Origin: a virus
Taxonomy: Duplodnaviria; Caudoviricetes
Reading direction: 5' to 3' (one strand)
Length of the DNA: 64,000 nucleotides
IMG/VR virus record: IMGVR_UViG_3300030330_003269
Span: 1-64,000 of that record
A model generated the notes under the pieces. The model saw only the letters and a list, made by a program, of their open reading frames with translations, was not told the DNA's origin and did not search any database. This document shows positions 29,663-38,778 of the stretch, piece after piece (position 1 is the first letter of the stretch; every line of letters begins with the position of its first letter). A program made the position numbers and the translations under genes.

Positions 29663-29853
29663 CTTTCCACCTCCGAATTGATTTGTTTATTGATTTCTTT
29701 TTCGTATGCTTCCATCGCAAACTTAATCACTTCATCATCACTAAAGGTAATATCAGTTCCTAATGATTCCGATAGTTCTTTCATGGCTAATTGTCTTTCC
29801 TTTTGAATTTGAAGTAATTCATTAAACTTGGAAAGGTCAATTTCAATCGCCAT
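29638..29853 (-). CDS. Hypothetical protein (head-tail region)
   Basis: ORF coupled to its neighbours. Confidence 0.55.
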   Translation of the reverse strand: MAIEIDLSKFNELLQIQKERQLAMKELSESLGTDITFSDDEVIKFAMEAYEKEINKQINSEVERWMKSLFS

Positions 29854-29854
29854 T

Positions 29855-30157
29855 TTATTCGCCTTCTTCTAATGGTTCTATATCTTCCAAATGTCGGTAT
29901 TCCCTAAGAACCCGTTCTACAATGCTCATATCGTTCCCAAAACCACCAGCGTAATATATTTCTTGTTGTCTTGCTAAGAAATCATCTTGATGGTCTTCGC
30001 AGAAATGATGAGGTTTGTGTGGTAATCTTTTTGTTCTCATCATATCAGCAATAACTTCCCCAGGCCCATCAATATAACTAACATCAGGATTTGCTTGATT
30101 TTTACAACCCTTAATTTTGCACTTACCTGCATACTTTTTGATAATTCCTTTCCACAT
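29855..30157 (-). CDS. WxxIIK-tagged hypothetical protein with Cys/His residues
   Basis: Starts MWKGIIKK; CKIKGC...FCEDH. Confidence 0.6.
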   Translation of the reverse strand: MWKGIIKKYAGKCKIKGCKNQANPDVSYIDGPGEVIADMMRTKRLPHKPHHFCEDHQDDFLARQQEIYYAGGFGNDMSIVERVLREYRHLEDIEPLEEGE

Positions 30158-30162
30158 AATAA

Positions 30163-31464
30163 TCAATCCAAGAAATATACAATATCGCCCTTGCCTTTCA
30201 AAATATCCATCGCTTCTTTTTTAAGAATATCATATTTTTCTTTAGCACCAATATTAGCACCTGTTTCCGCAATCAAAACACTTTGGTCATCCATTCTAAT
30301 AATTTCTGCCGCAACAAGTTTTGTTGTGGCTTCGTGAATAGCAGATGGAACTCTATTATCACCAGCAATATATGAAACGATAACTGAATTGTTGGTATGA
30401 TATGGGTAGTCTCTCAAAAAGAAAATACGCCCTTCTTCTCCAATTGTCCAATAAGAACCAAGTCTTTTCAAATCTTCTTTATCAGTAAATACTGTCAAAT
30501 CACAAACAGAAGGAATCAAATCCTCCGTTGAAAATGTAAGAGTATTTGTTCCCGAAGCAGTTGCCGCAGTATCTAAAACCACAGTTGTTAAATTTGTAAT
30601 TGATTCAATCGCAACCGTTCCAGTAATACCTGTTCCCGATACAATCATACCTACGGCTAATTTAGACGAATCAGCAACAGTAAGAGTCTTTGAAGTGTTT
30701 GTTGTCGTGCATGACTGTTTTATGGTCGCCTTGATGGTGCAATCAGACCCATCATCCCCCATCAAGAGGGATGAAATGAAAATCTCCTTGCCGTTTTCCT
30801 TGTTCTTGGCGGCATAGAAAAAGTCAGAAATGGAGAGATTAGAAGAAGTGAGGCTTTTTGGAGCAGTTGCGCCTGTAAATTGAGAAGCACTTGGAAACGA
30901 TTCATTCACTAAAGAGATAATTTCTGCAACAGTTGTTTTTGCTCCAAATGTATTACAAAATTCATCATTGGCTAAATCAGTCAATGTATTCTCAGCCACC
31001 ATTTCAAAACTTACTCCACTATCGGGCAGTTGAAGAATAATAGAATGTAAGTCTCTAAAGTTGTCAAGTAGTCTAATTTTGGCTTGGGCTGAAGCAATCT
31101 CTTCATATTGACTTCCCTGCCAAAGTTGTAGTGAAATAATTTTACGAACTTTCATTTGTTTAAGTTGAATAAATCCAACATAGCCACCATAGTATTGAGC
31201 ATTTGGCCCTCTCGTAAATTCAAAGTTATGGTATTCATCTTTTGTAATGATAGGTCTAAATGAACGCTTTACTTTATCATCAACAATACCTTCTGTTCTT
31301 TTGATGATTGCTCCAACCTGTGCAGTTGTTGGATAAGTTGTTGCTGAAAAGTCTGGTATTTGAAGAAGGTCTGCTACTTCATTCGCATTTGTGTAAAAAC
31401 CTCTACCTTGCGTATAGTCTGGATTGATTTCAGTAAAATCGCTTGGTGAGATTGTTGTTCCCAT
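30163..31464 (-). CDS. Head-tail adaptor-like protein with inserted beta domain
   Basis: YTNANEVADLL N-terminus and VSYIAG...VPSAIHEATTKLVA C-terminus (gp15/gp6-type adaptor pattern). Confidence 0.65.
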   Translation of the reverse strand: MGTTISPSDFTEINPDYTQGRGFYTNANEVADLLQIPDFSATTYPTTAQVGAIIKRTEGIVDDKVKRSFRPIITKDEYHNFEFTRGPNAQYYGGYVGFIQLKQMKVRKIISLQLWQGSQYEEIASAQAKIRLLDNFRDLHSIILQLPDSGVSFEMVAENTLTDLANDEFCNTFGAKTTVAEIISLVNESFPSASQFTGATAPKSLTSSNLSISDFFYAAKNKENGKEIFISSLLMGDDGSDCTIKATIKQSCTTTNTSKTLTVADSSKLAVGMIVSGTGITGTVAIESITNLTTVVLDTAATASGTNTLTFSTEDLIPSVCDLTVFTDKEDLKRLGSYWTIGEEGRIFFLRDYPYHTNNSVIVSYIAGDNRVPSAIHEATTKLVAAEIIRMDDQSVLIAETGANIGAKEKYDILKKEAMDILKGKGDIVYFLD

Positions 31465-31465
31465 T

Positions 31466-32977
31466 TCAAGCACCTACTTTCTTCTTTAGATTAAAAAATC
31501 TTGATTTATATTTGTAAATTTTGTCTTCCATACCTTCGGCCAAGTTTCTCTTAAATCTACCTAATCTAAAACGACCTAATTCTTTGACTTGAAAGGTAAT
31601 TAAGATTTGAGCATTAGCGAGAGACTCTTCTAATTTTTCTGCGCTAACTGCTTGCTTTTGTGATTTCTTTTTCCCAAACTCTCTAATGTCTTCAAACTTC
31701 TCAGAAAGATTTTCTACACTTCCGATAAAGGCCTCTTCTTCACTTTCTGTCAAGGGCTTAATAAAAGGATTGTCTTCATAACTTTGAACTAATTCAGGAG
31801 ATGCTCCTTCTCCTTGAGAAAGAATAAATGAAGGACGATAATTTTTTTGTTCTTCTTCACTTAATTTCTGATAGGCATCAATAGAAATTTTTTCTTGAGT
31901 TTCAAAATGAGTAAATGCGCTTTGCTCTAAAGCGACTGCGGTTTTCATATCTAATGCTTCCGTTTCTTTTCTAAACTTAGGATTACCTTCTTCATCTGTT
32001 CCATCGGGATAAAAACGAATAATTTCAAAAAGAGTGTCCCTCGCCTTTTCCTTTTCACCCGAAGGAGTAAATCCTGTTTGTTCTTTCATTCTTTGTGTTA
32101 ATCTTCTACTAGTAGTAATTTTATTTTTAATTTCACCTGTTCCTGAAAAATTATATACAACAGTCGGGTCATTCTGTAATGGATAGATATATCTTTCTTC
32201 TAAAGACTTAATAATTTCAATAAACTGGTCTGCTAGTTTTGCTTCAAAAGGTTTAGTTTTATTTCCCTCTGCCGCCTTATCCAAGTTAATAACTCTAGCA
32301 CCAAGTTCGGGTAATCCTGTTATTGGGAAATCCATAAGAATAGAAGGAAGAGAATAACGCTTTACTCCAGGAATAAATGTAGGAGGTGCATTTGTTGTAT
32401 TTTCAAGATGTTCTCTCTTTTCATTAGTAATTAAATTATCTGTTTTAGGATTAGGTGTATAAATTAAATTAGTAGCGGGCTTTATTGAATAAGTTAATTT
32501 TTCTGCGGCTGTTGCTTCAAGACGCATATTAAATTCTACTTCTCCTTCCATTGTTTTATATTTAAATGCTCTAGATTTGTATAATTTTTCTGAATTGAAC
32601 GGTTCAACTTTGCCTGCCGTTTGCGCTCTTACTGCTCCTTCACCAGTAAGTCTATCTAACTTCTTATAATTAAGTAAATCAGATAAAGGATAATTTCTAA
32701 GAAGACGAACCACTTGCTCATTATTTGCTGTCAATTTAGCATAAGAATTTTGGTCTTCTTCTAATAAAGACTTGAGTTGAATTTTACTAACATCCTTAAA
32801 TAACTTCTCAATAACAGCATTAAATTCTTCTGTGTCTGTTGAGTCTCTGGCTCTATCTAATTTATCTAAAAGATTGCTTTCACTAGGTTCTTTGATATAT
32901 TCTTTCATCTCTTCTTTGATTCTTTCCTCTGCTTGAGGGAAAGAAAGAGAAAGCGTTCCCCAATCAAAATTAACCAT
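31466..32977 (-). CDS. Hypothetical protein (charged, 503 aa)
   Basis: Long ORF in the late operon. Confidence 0.7.
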   Translation of the reverse strand: MVNFDWGTLSLSFPQAEERIKEEMKEYIKEPSESNLLDKLDRARDSTDTEEFNAVIEKLFKDVSKIQLKSLLEEDQNSYAKLTANNEQVVRLLRNYPLSDLLNYKKLDRLTGEGAVRAQTAGKVEPFNSEKLYKSRAFKYKTMEGEVEFNMRLEATAAEKLTYSIKPATNLIYTPNPKTDNLITNEKREHLENTTNAPPTFIPGVKRYSLPSILMDFPITGLPELGARVINLDKAAEGNKTKPFEAKLADQFIEIIKSLEERYIYPLQNDPTVVYNFSGTGEIKNKITTSRRLTQRMKEQTGFTPSGEKEKARDTLFEIIRFYPDGTDEEGNPKFRKETEALDMKTAVALEQSAFTHFETQEKISIDAYQKLSEEEQKNYRPSFILSQGEGASPELVQSYEDNPFIKPLTESEEEAFIGSVENLSEKFEDIREFGKKKSQKQAVSAEKLEESLANAQILITFQVKELGRFRLGRFKRNLAEGMEDKIYKYKSRFFNLKKKVGA

Positions 32978-32986
32978 CTTTTAGCC

Positions 32987-33634
32987 TCACATCAACCATT
33001 TAGCCCAAGCCGCACCTTTTTGAATTGCCGCACCTAAATGAAGTCCACTTGAAGGAGGCTCATAACTCATCTGTCCTTGAGCATCAATCCAATATGGCCG
33101 TCCATAGCCGTCTGTTCCACTTGGAGGGATAGGATAGCCTGTTCCATTGTTCATAGCACCCTGCATTTGCTGGTATTGCTGTGTTTGTCCTGTGATACCT
33201 GCGATAGCCATACCTGCCGTTGGTTGTTGCATACCGCCTCCGAAGCCTTGAGATTCAAGGTATTGTTGCTTCGCAAGTTTCCTTTGGTTCACGACTTCTG
33301 TATTGATGGCTGATTGTAAAAGGGTATTTAAGTCTAATTCAATCTTTTCTTGGCTAATTTTATTAAACTCTTGCAAAGCATCATTATTGATGCTCATGTT
33401 GGAACCAGCAGTAGTAAAAGACAATTTAGAAAGAAGTTGAGAAACAACCCGATTAACTACATCTTCCATCAGTTGTTCAAGAGCAGATAAAAACTCCTTT
33501 CCGTGATATTGGAAAAATTCTTCAACATGGTTATCCTGTAAAGAAAGTAAGTTATTTACATTCTTAAATTGCTGGTCGTTTTGCGCTTGAACTGCATTTA
33601 AAACAGTTCCATTACTTGTTCCTAAAATTCCCAA
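32987..33634 (-). CDS. Gln/Gly-rich helical protein with amphipathic C-terminus
   Basis: Ends GAAIQKGAAWAKWLM; downstream of the GTPase. Confidence 0.7.
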   Translation of the reverse strand: MGILGTSNGTVLNAVQAQNDQQFKNVNNLLSLQDNHVEEFFQYHGKEFLSALEQLMEDVVNRVVSQLLSKLSFTTAGSNMSINNDALQEFNKISQEKIELDLNTLLQSAINTEVVNQRKLAKQQYLESQGFGGGMQQPTAGMAIAGITGQTQQYQQMQGAMNNGTGYPIPPSGTDGYGRPYWIDAQGQMSYEPPSSGLHLGAAIQKGAAWAKWLM

Positions 33635-33636
33635 AT

Positions 33637-34296
33637 TTATTCCTCCTTTTCTTCAATGGTTTCAATTTTGTTGTTCATCAAAAGATAATTAATTCTTTCA
33701 GTCATTAAAGTAATTCTAGTCATTAATTCTAGCACTTCTTCATTGGCCTTCTTGGTATCTGCTACGGCGGGTGGGGTTATAAACCAACCTGCTGATGTAA
33801 GAGACATAACATCTTTTTTGGACAATGTTTCAAGAGGGCCAGACTTAATTACCTTTGGAACCTTTGGAACGAATCTTTTGAATTCTAACCCATGTTTTTC
33901 TGCTAATACCTGTTGTTGAAGCATTTCTAATTGCATATACATAGCAGAATGTTTAGGACAATATGTTCCCATTAATGGTCTTCCCTTAACTACTTTATCT
34001 AAAGGCATAGGGGGTCTTAAATAATCTCCCGATTCCCAAATATGATGAAAACCACAAACCACACAACGGTCTTTCAAATTAAATTTCTTACCGTATTTAA
34101 TTCCCAAAAACTTCTTAGGCTCTGCCTTTAGAACAGTAGTGAGTTCCTTCAATTGTTTTTTCGGTGTAGCAGTTAAGAATTTATATTCCATTACTGCTCC
34201 ACTTGCTCTTGCCTGTTGAATGGGATTCAAGGCAGGATTAAACTGCGATGGTGCGTTTTGTCCAATTAAGTTCGGTTGTTGAAACATAGTAATCAA
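33637..34296 (-). CDS. Zn-binding hypothetical protein
   Basis: CVVC...YCPKH; overlaps the GTPase stop. Confidence 0.7.
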   Translation of the reverse strand: MITMFQQPNLIGQNAPSQFNPALNPIQQARASGAVMEYKFLTATPKKQLKELTTVLKAEPKKFLGIKYGKKFNLKDRCVVCGFHHIWESGDYLRPPMPLDKVVKGRPLMGTYCPKHSAMYMQLEMLQQQVLAEKHGLEFKRFVPKVPKVIKSGPLETLSKKDVMSLTSAGWFITPPAVADTKKANEEVLELMTRITLMTERINYLLMNNKIETIEEKEE

Positions 34297-34961
34297 TAGT
34301 CCTTTATCATTGTTGTGATTCCTAAATATACCATTTCGGGGTCTGATTTGGCTGATACAATATATTTGAAACAGGGTATTCCTTTATCATTTAATTTTCT
34401 CATACCATATTTAAATGGTTCAAATATCTCATGTTTATCTATGGATTTTCCTTCTTCTAATGGATATTTTTTTCCCCATATATCATATTTATTTGCCCAA
34501 ATTCCTACGGCCATTGGATAATCCGAATCTCTTTTCTTTTTTCCGTTTGACCATGTGTTTGAAATAATTGTATCTACTAAAAATTTCCATGCTAATTGGT
34601 GGTCTAAGTTTGCTTCACTATCTAAATGTCGGTGGTCAATCATAAAAATAAGATATTTAACTCTTCTTTCTCTCATATCTTTTTCCCATTCTTTCCAGTA
34701 AATTGCTTCTCCACCAATGTCTGCACTTTTAATGGTATGTGAATTTCCATCAATTTTAATATTCTTTCTTGAGGCTCTGTGTTTTCCTACAGTTCTTTGG
34801 TTTATTTGAGGAACTTCTCCCCGTGTTCTTAATTGATGACTAAGTGTTGTTTTACCAACCATTGTTGCCCCATAAACTCCAAAATTAATTGCGTGAACCT
34901 TTTTGTAGAATCCTATGATTGCTTCACCGACTAAAATAGCAAAGCCTGTCATTAGCGACAT
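34293..34961 (-). CDS. Arf/Sar1/Ras-superfamily small GTPase
   Basis: G1 GATMVGKTT, G2 RTVG, G3 DIGG, G4 NKYD, G5 SAK; hydrophobic/amphipathic N-terminal helix. Confidence 0.88.
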   Translation of the reverse strand: MSLMTGFAILVGEAIIGFYKKVHAINFGVYGATMVGKTTLSHQLRTRGEVPQINQRTVGKHRASRKNIKIDGNSHTIKSADIGGEAIYWKEWEKDMRERRVKYLIFMIDHRHLDSEANLDHQLAWKFLVDTIISNTWSNGKKKRDSDYPMAVGIWANKYDIWGKKYPLEEGKSIDKHEIFEPFKYGMRKLNDKGIPCFKYIVSAKSDPEMVYLGITTMIKDY

Positions 34962-34973
34962 TCATTTAACCAC

Positions 34974-35483
34974 CTAAAAATATTTATCTAACATTTTCTT
35001 TAAATGTTCTTGGACTCTTAACTCATCAAAACTTAACACCGCTGAATCCCTCAATGCCTCTATTACTTCGGTTTTTATACTGTTATATTCTAAATTACTC
35101 AGTAATTCCTTTCCTAGTTCTTTAACTCTTGAATCGGGTAAATATTTGTATTCTACATCACCATCAAAATATCCTAGTCTTCCCCTTGGAGTTGTGTCTC
35201 TTTGGCTACTTGTTATTCCATATTCATTATCATAGTCAAGAAATTTATTTTCTTTTGTAGGTATTGTTTGTTTTATCATAGGTTTAGAAATGTCTTTTAA
35301 TTCATCTGCCTTTGAGCCAAAAAATGCATAAATTAGTGCTTCTGTTAATCTTGGTGTCCAATATCCAGTATCTTCATCACCTTGAGAACCTTGAAATAAT
35401 CTATTAAATCTCCAAGACCAATCCCTTGAATATTCTTCATCTGTTTCAATAATATATGGTTTTTTCAAAATGTTCCACCACAT
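34974..35483 (-). CDS. WxxILK-tagged hypothetical protein
   Basis: Starts MWWNILKK; GYWTPRLTEALIYA. Confidence 0.65.
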   Translation of the reverse strand: MWWNILKKPYIIETDEEYSRDWSWRFNRLFQGSQGDEDTGYWTPRLTEALIYAFFGSKADELKDISKPMIKQTIPTKENKFLDYDNEYGITSSQRDTTPRGRLGYFDGDVEYKYLPDSRVKELGKELLSNLEYNSIKTEVIEALRDSAVLSFDELRVQEHLKKMLDKYF

Positions 35484-35484
35484 A

Positions 35485-35703
35485 TCAATGCCCCCACCCG
35501 TTCAACAAAGTGTCAAACAGGAAACCCATGATGTTTATACCAAAAACACCAAGAATATTTCCAACAAGGAAACCTGAAAGACAAGCGCAAGCACCCCAAA
35601 ACCATGCTCGCATTTTCAAGAAGAAAATGTCTGCCGAATGCGCTCTTTGTTGATTATAAGCGTAATCCGAATCGGAAAAGCCCATTAAGTCGCCAAAGAC
35701 CAT
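35485..35703 (-). CDS. Small membrane protein
   Basis: Hydrophobic stretch AWFWGACACLSGFLVGNILGVFGINIMGFLF; GAGGTGG RBS. Confidence 0.75.
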   Translation of the reverse strand: MVFGDLMGFSDSDYAYNQQRAHSADIFFLKMRAWFWGACACLSGFLVGNILGVFGINIMGFLFDTLLNGWGH

Positions 35704-35712
35704 TTAACCACC

Positions 35713-36099
35713 TCATTGTAGCGTGGCTAAAAATTCACTTCCGATAGTATTTTCTTCTGTTTCAGGTTGAGTGTAAAAAGGAACATTACCGCCAAATTGT
35801 CTTGCACTTTCTCGCATCTTTTGGCGTTGTTGTTCATCTCTAGCCTTTCTTTCCCAATAAGCAGCAATCTTTCTATCAAGTAGCCACATCTCAATTTTGT
35901 CATTGAGAGCCAAATCAAATACTGCCTTAACAACCATAATTGCTCCAATTGTTCCTAAACCAAATAGGAAAGAATGAGCAATAGGGCCGTATGGGAAAGT
36001 TAATCCAATCATAGCATAAACGAAAACATTTGCCCCGCTTAGAGTTCCAACGAATAAAATCGTCATAACTAACCTAGTGTCTGCATTTAAAGCCGCCAT
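35713..36099 (-). CDS. Two-TM membrane protein with charged C-terminus (holin-like topology)
   Basis: Two hydrophobic helices then a charged coiled tail; GAGGTGA RBS. Confidence 0.75.
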   Translation of the reverse strand: MAALNADTRLVMTILFVGTLSGANVFVYAMIGLTFPYGPIAHSFLFGLGTIGAIMVVKAVFDLALNDKIEMWLLDRKIAAYWERKARDEQQRQKMRESARQFGGNVPFYTQPETEENTIGSEFLATLQ

Positions 36100-36108
36100 A
36101 AAATCACC

Positions 36109-36429
36109 TCAGTTAAATTCAACTGAAACTGCCGCACCTTCTCCTGTTCCAGAAGAAATGCTCAAGTAAAGTCCATTCGTTGCTAAAACGCCATGCATAT
36201 CAAATTCAAGACATTCTGGCCCTGTTCTTGCGGCGGGGTCAGCAGGGTCAGTTTGAGCAAGAATCATTCTCGCTAATTCTAAACCACTTGCCGCAGAAGC
36301 ATTATCAAACACCTTAATTGTGGTTGGTTTTGTTCCTGTTAAAACTCCATGAATTGAAACCAACTTACATTGTCCAGCGTGAATTGCTGTTGATGATGTT
36401 TTTACTCCGCTACTTCTGCAACTCGCCAT
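36109..36429 (-). CDS. Small beta-rich virion protein
   Basis: IKVFDNASAASG...ATNGLY pattern; downstream of the MCP. Confidence 0.6.
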   Translation of the reverse strand: MASCRSSGVKTSSTAIHAGQCKLVSIHGVLTGTKPTTIKVFDNASAASGLELARMILAQTDPADPAARTGPECLEFDMHGVLATNGLYLSISSGTGEGAAVSVEFN

Positions 36430-36447
36430 GATAACACCTCGTTCAAT

Positions 36448-36479
36448 ACACCGTTATGGGTTGCCCCATATAACGGTGT
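36448..36479. promoter_or_regulatory. Intergenic inverted repeat (stem-loop)
   Basis: ACACCGTTAT-GGGTTGCCCCAT-ATAACGGTGT, perfect 10-bp arms. Confidence 0.55.
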
Positions 36480-36482
36480 CGC

Positions 36483-36818
36483 TCACTCTTCGGTTAAAGA
36501 AGACTTTTTGGCTTTGGTAGCCGTTGTTTTCTTCTTTGTTCCTTTCTTTGGAAGAAACCTTGTTGCTAACTCATTATGAGTTTTAATGTCTTGGCCGATT
36601 TCAAGAGAAATAGCAGGGAAATGTTCGGGGTCAATAGCCATCATTTCCTTTCTATCCTCTTCTTGAAATGTAATTTCAAGGTTAGAATCACTCAAACGGA
36701 GAAGCGCAGCGACTACTGGTAATTCAATAGGATTTTCCCTAGTAAGTTTTTGACCATGAATAATGAATGGGTGAAAACCACCACTATCCGAGACTTCAAC
36801 TTTAACCAAAGGAACCAC
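36483..36818 (-). CDS. Hypothetical protein with Lys-rich tail
   Basis: ORF in the capsid operon. Confidence 0.65.
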   Translation of the reverse strand: MVPLVKVEVSDSGGFHPFIIHGQKLTRENPIELPVVAALLRLSDSNLEITFQEEDRKEMMAIDPEHFPAISLEIGQDIKTHNELATRFLPKKGTKKKTTATKAKKSSLTEE

Positions 36819-36819
36819 C

Positions 36820-37407
36820 TCAAAGGTTTCCAGTCACTTTGAGCCTAACCTTGCCAATATCACCAGAAGCAAGGCTAGCAGAAAGTAAAGCGGCTGAACC
36901 AGTAGTGTAAGCATAAAGGTAAAAGAAAGTCTTGTCGTTGCTAATATCACCAATAATGATATTAACATCATGATTTTCTTGACCAACCAGTTCAACATGA
37001 CTGACACTTGCTAATCCGAAAGAAGAAGCAAGAATCTTTTCACCAGCATGGGTAATTTCTTCATTTCCGCCAGAATCAGTTCCAGCCACACTTACAACAG
37101 TCATAACAGAATCCGTTGAATTTGTTAATGTGGTAATCCTAGAAACTAAAGCATTATTTGCTGACGCTGAATCCGTAATAACGATATGGTCGCCCACTTG
37201 GAAGTCAGCAAAAGCAGTAGTGCTACCAGCAACAGTATAGGTGTTAGCAGTAGCATTAGCGGCAATTGTTAGATTATCTGCCGTAGCCGTTGTTCCCGTT
37301 CTATATGCTGTAATATCACAGTCTCCAAGAGAAACATATTCATCAGCAACCGCTTTAGGCTTTGTATAGCCTTTGTGGTCTGCTAACAGAGTTACAGAAT
37401 TTGTCAT
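36820..37407 (-). CDS. Putative capsid decoration/minor structural protein
   Basis: Directly downstream of the MCP; Ala/Thr-rich beta protein. Confidence 0.6.
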   Translation of the reverse strand: MTNSVTLLADHKGYTKPKAVADEYVSLGDCDITAYRTGTTATADNLTIAANATANTYTVAGSTTAFADFQVGDHIVITDSASANNALVSRITTLTNSTDSVMTVVSVAGTDSGGNEEITHAGEKILASSFGLASVSHVELVGQENHDVNIIIGDISNDKTFFYLYAYTTGSAALLSASLASGDIGKVRLKVTGNL

Positions 37408-37417
37408 CTAAATCACC

Positions 37418-38767
37418 TCAAAGAAGGTTGGTAATCTTTCCTTGACCCTTGAAGTAAGAACAGCCCATTTCACCAATTGTTCGGTAAAGAGCCTTGTTTC
37501 CAAGACGGCCAACACCGAATGGGTTTCCATTGGAAATACCATCCTCAAAGTATTGAGTTGGCTTCATAACCGACAACCAAAGGTGGTCAGTATCAAGAAG
37601 CAACATATCGCTGATACAGGAAGTATTTGCACCCGTTGAAGGCATAGCGGCAACAGGAATCAAAGGAATGTCGTAATAGGTAGAAACACGGAAACCGACT
37701 TCTGCACCCTTAACACCACGAACACCGTTCACGGTTGGAACGATTTCCTTTCTGTCCATGAATCGCTCTTGAGCCTGAAGCAAGTCAGAAAGCGTTTGAA
37801 GCGTATCATATCCAGTAAGAATGACCTTTGGCGAACCACCAGCAATTCTCAAATCACGAAGCATGGAGTTAAGCACAGTCAAGGTAAATTGACGAGCATT
37901 TCCACTTGCATAGCCAGAGCCGAAAGAAACAGCAGAATCAAGGAAAGAAGCCGAATCACGGTTTGTTCCGTAAAGATGGCTAATTTCATCAGTAGTTGCC
38001 GAAGAAATCAAAACGGTTCCAGAAGCCATAGCATCCAATTCTGCCTTAGAAGAAATAATCTTGTAAAGAGAAGTGTAGTTGCGCTCAATCAGAGAAATTT
38101 GGTTGGTAGCATTCAAATCGTAGTTTTCAAGAGGCATAACAAGCATAGCATTCTGCACTTCAGAATGATGCTTACCCATGTCTTCTCTCAATTGAGCACG
38201 AATATCACCGATGCCATCATCAATAGCCGCCATTTCCATAGCAAGTTCCGAGAACTCAAATTGATGAGCAATAATCTTGGGACTCGTAAAGAGTTGAGTG
38301 TAAGTTGGAGCAATTGAAGCCAAACCGTCTTGATGGGTGTCTAAAGCCGCATTTTCGGGAACACCACCGATAAGGTCAGGACGCAAAGCCGCCGCACCAA
38401 TGTTAGCCGCACTACCAGCGATATTAACGCCAGTCAAATCAAGGAAATTACCGCTACCACCAGCAGGTCGCTCCTTTAGGACTCTCCAACCACTTGAAGT
38501 GTAAGGTCGCTTTGAAATAACCGAAAGTGCGTTGCATTCACGGTTCAACATAGACCAGACCTTTTGGCCGTAAATTTTGTTATAAAGAGCAGTAGTGTCG
38601 GAAATAGCACTAAAGCCATTTGCGGCGGTTCCTGCAACATCATGTCCAGCATGAATACCAGCAACACCGCCCGCTTGCTTAAGCAATTGGTTGTTAAGGC
38701 CAGTATGACCAGTCAATCCGTAAGTTTGTCTTTCTAAGTCTGCAATTGTGTTAATATATCCTGTCAT
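37418..38767 (-). CDS. Major capsid protein (HK97 fold)
   Basis: Follows the prohead protease; YGQKVWSMLN, PKIIAHQFEFSE, GFRVSTYYDIPLIP, LLLDTDHL, QGKITNL. Confidence 0.88.
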   Translation of the reverse strand: MTGYINTIADLERQTYGLTGHTGLNNQLLKQAGGVAGIHAGHDVAGTAANGFSAISDTTALYNKIYGQKVWSMLNRECNALSVISKRPYTSSGWRVLKERPAGGSGNFLDLTGVNIAGSAANIGAAALRPDLIGGVPENAALDTHQDGLASIAPTYTQLFTSPKIIAHQFEFSELAMEMAAIDDGIGDIRAQLREDMGKHHSEVQNAMLVMPLENYDLNATNQISLIERNYTSLYKIISSKAELDAMASGTVLISSATTDEISHLYGTNRDSASFLDSAVSFGSGYASGNARQFTLTVLNSMLRDLRIAGGSPKVILTGYDTLQTLSDLLQAQERFMDRKEIVPTVNGVRGVKGAEVGFRVSTYYDIPLIPVAAMPSTGANTSCISDMLLLDTDHLWLSVMKPTQYFEDGISNGNPFGVGRLGNKALYRTIGEMGCSYFKGQGKITNLL

Positions 38768-38778
38768 GGTAAATCACC

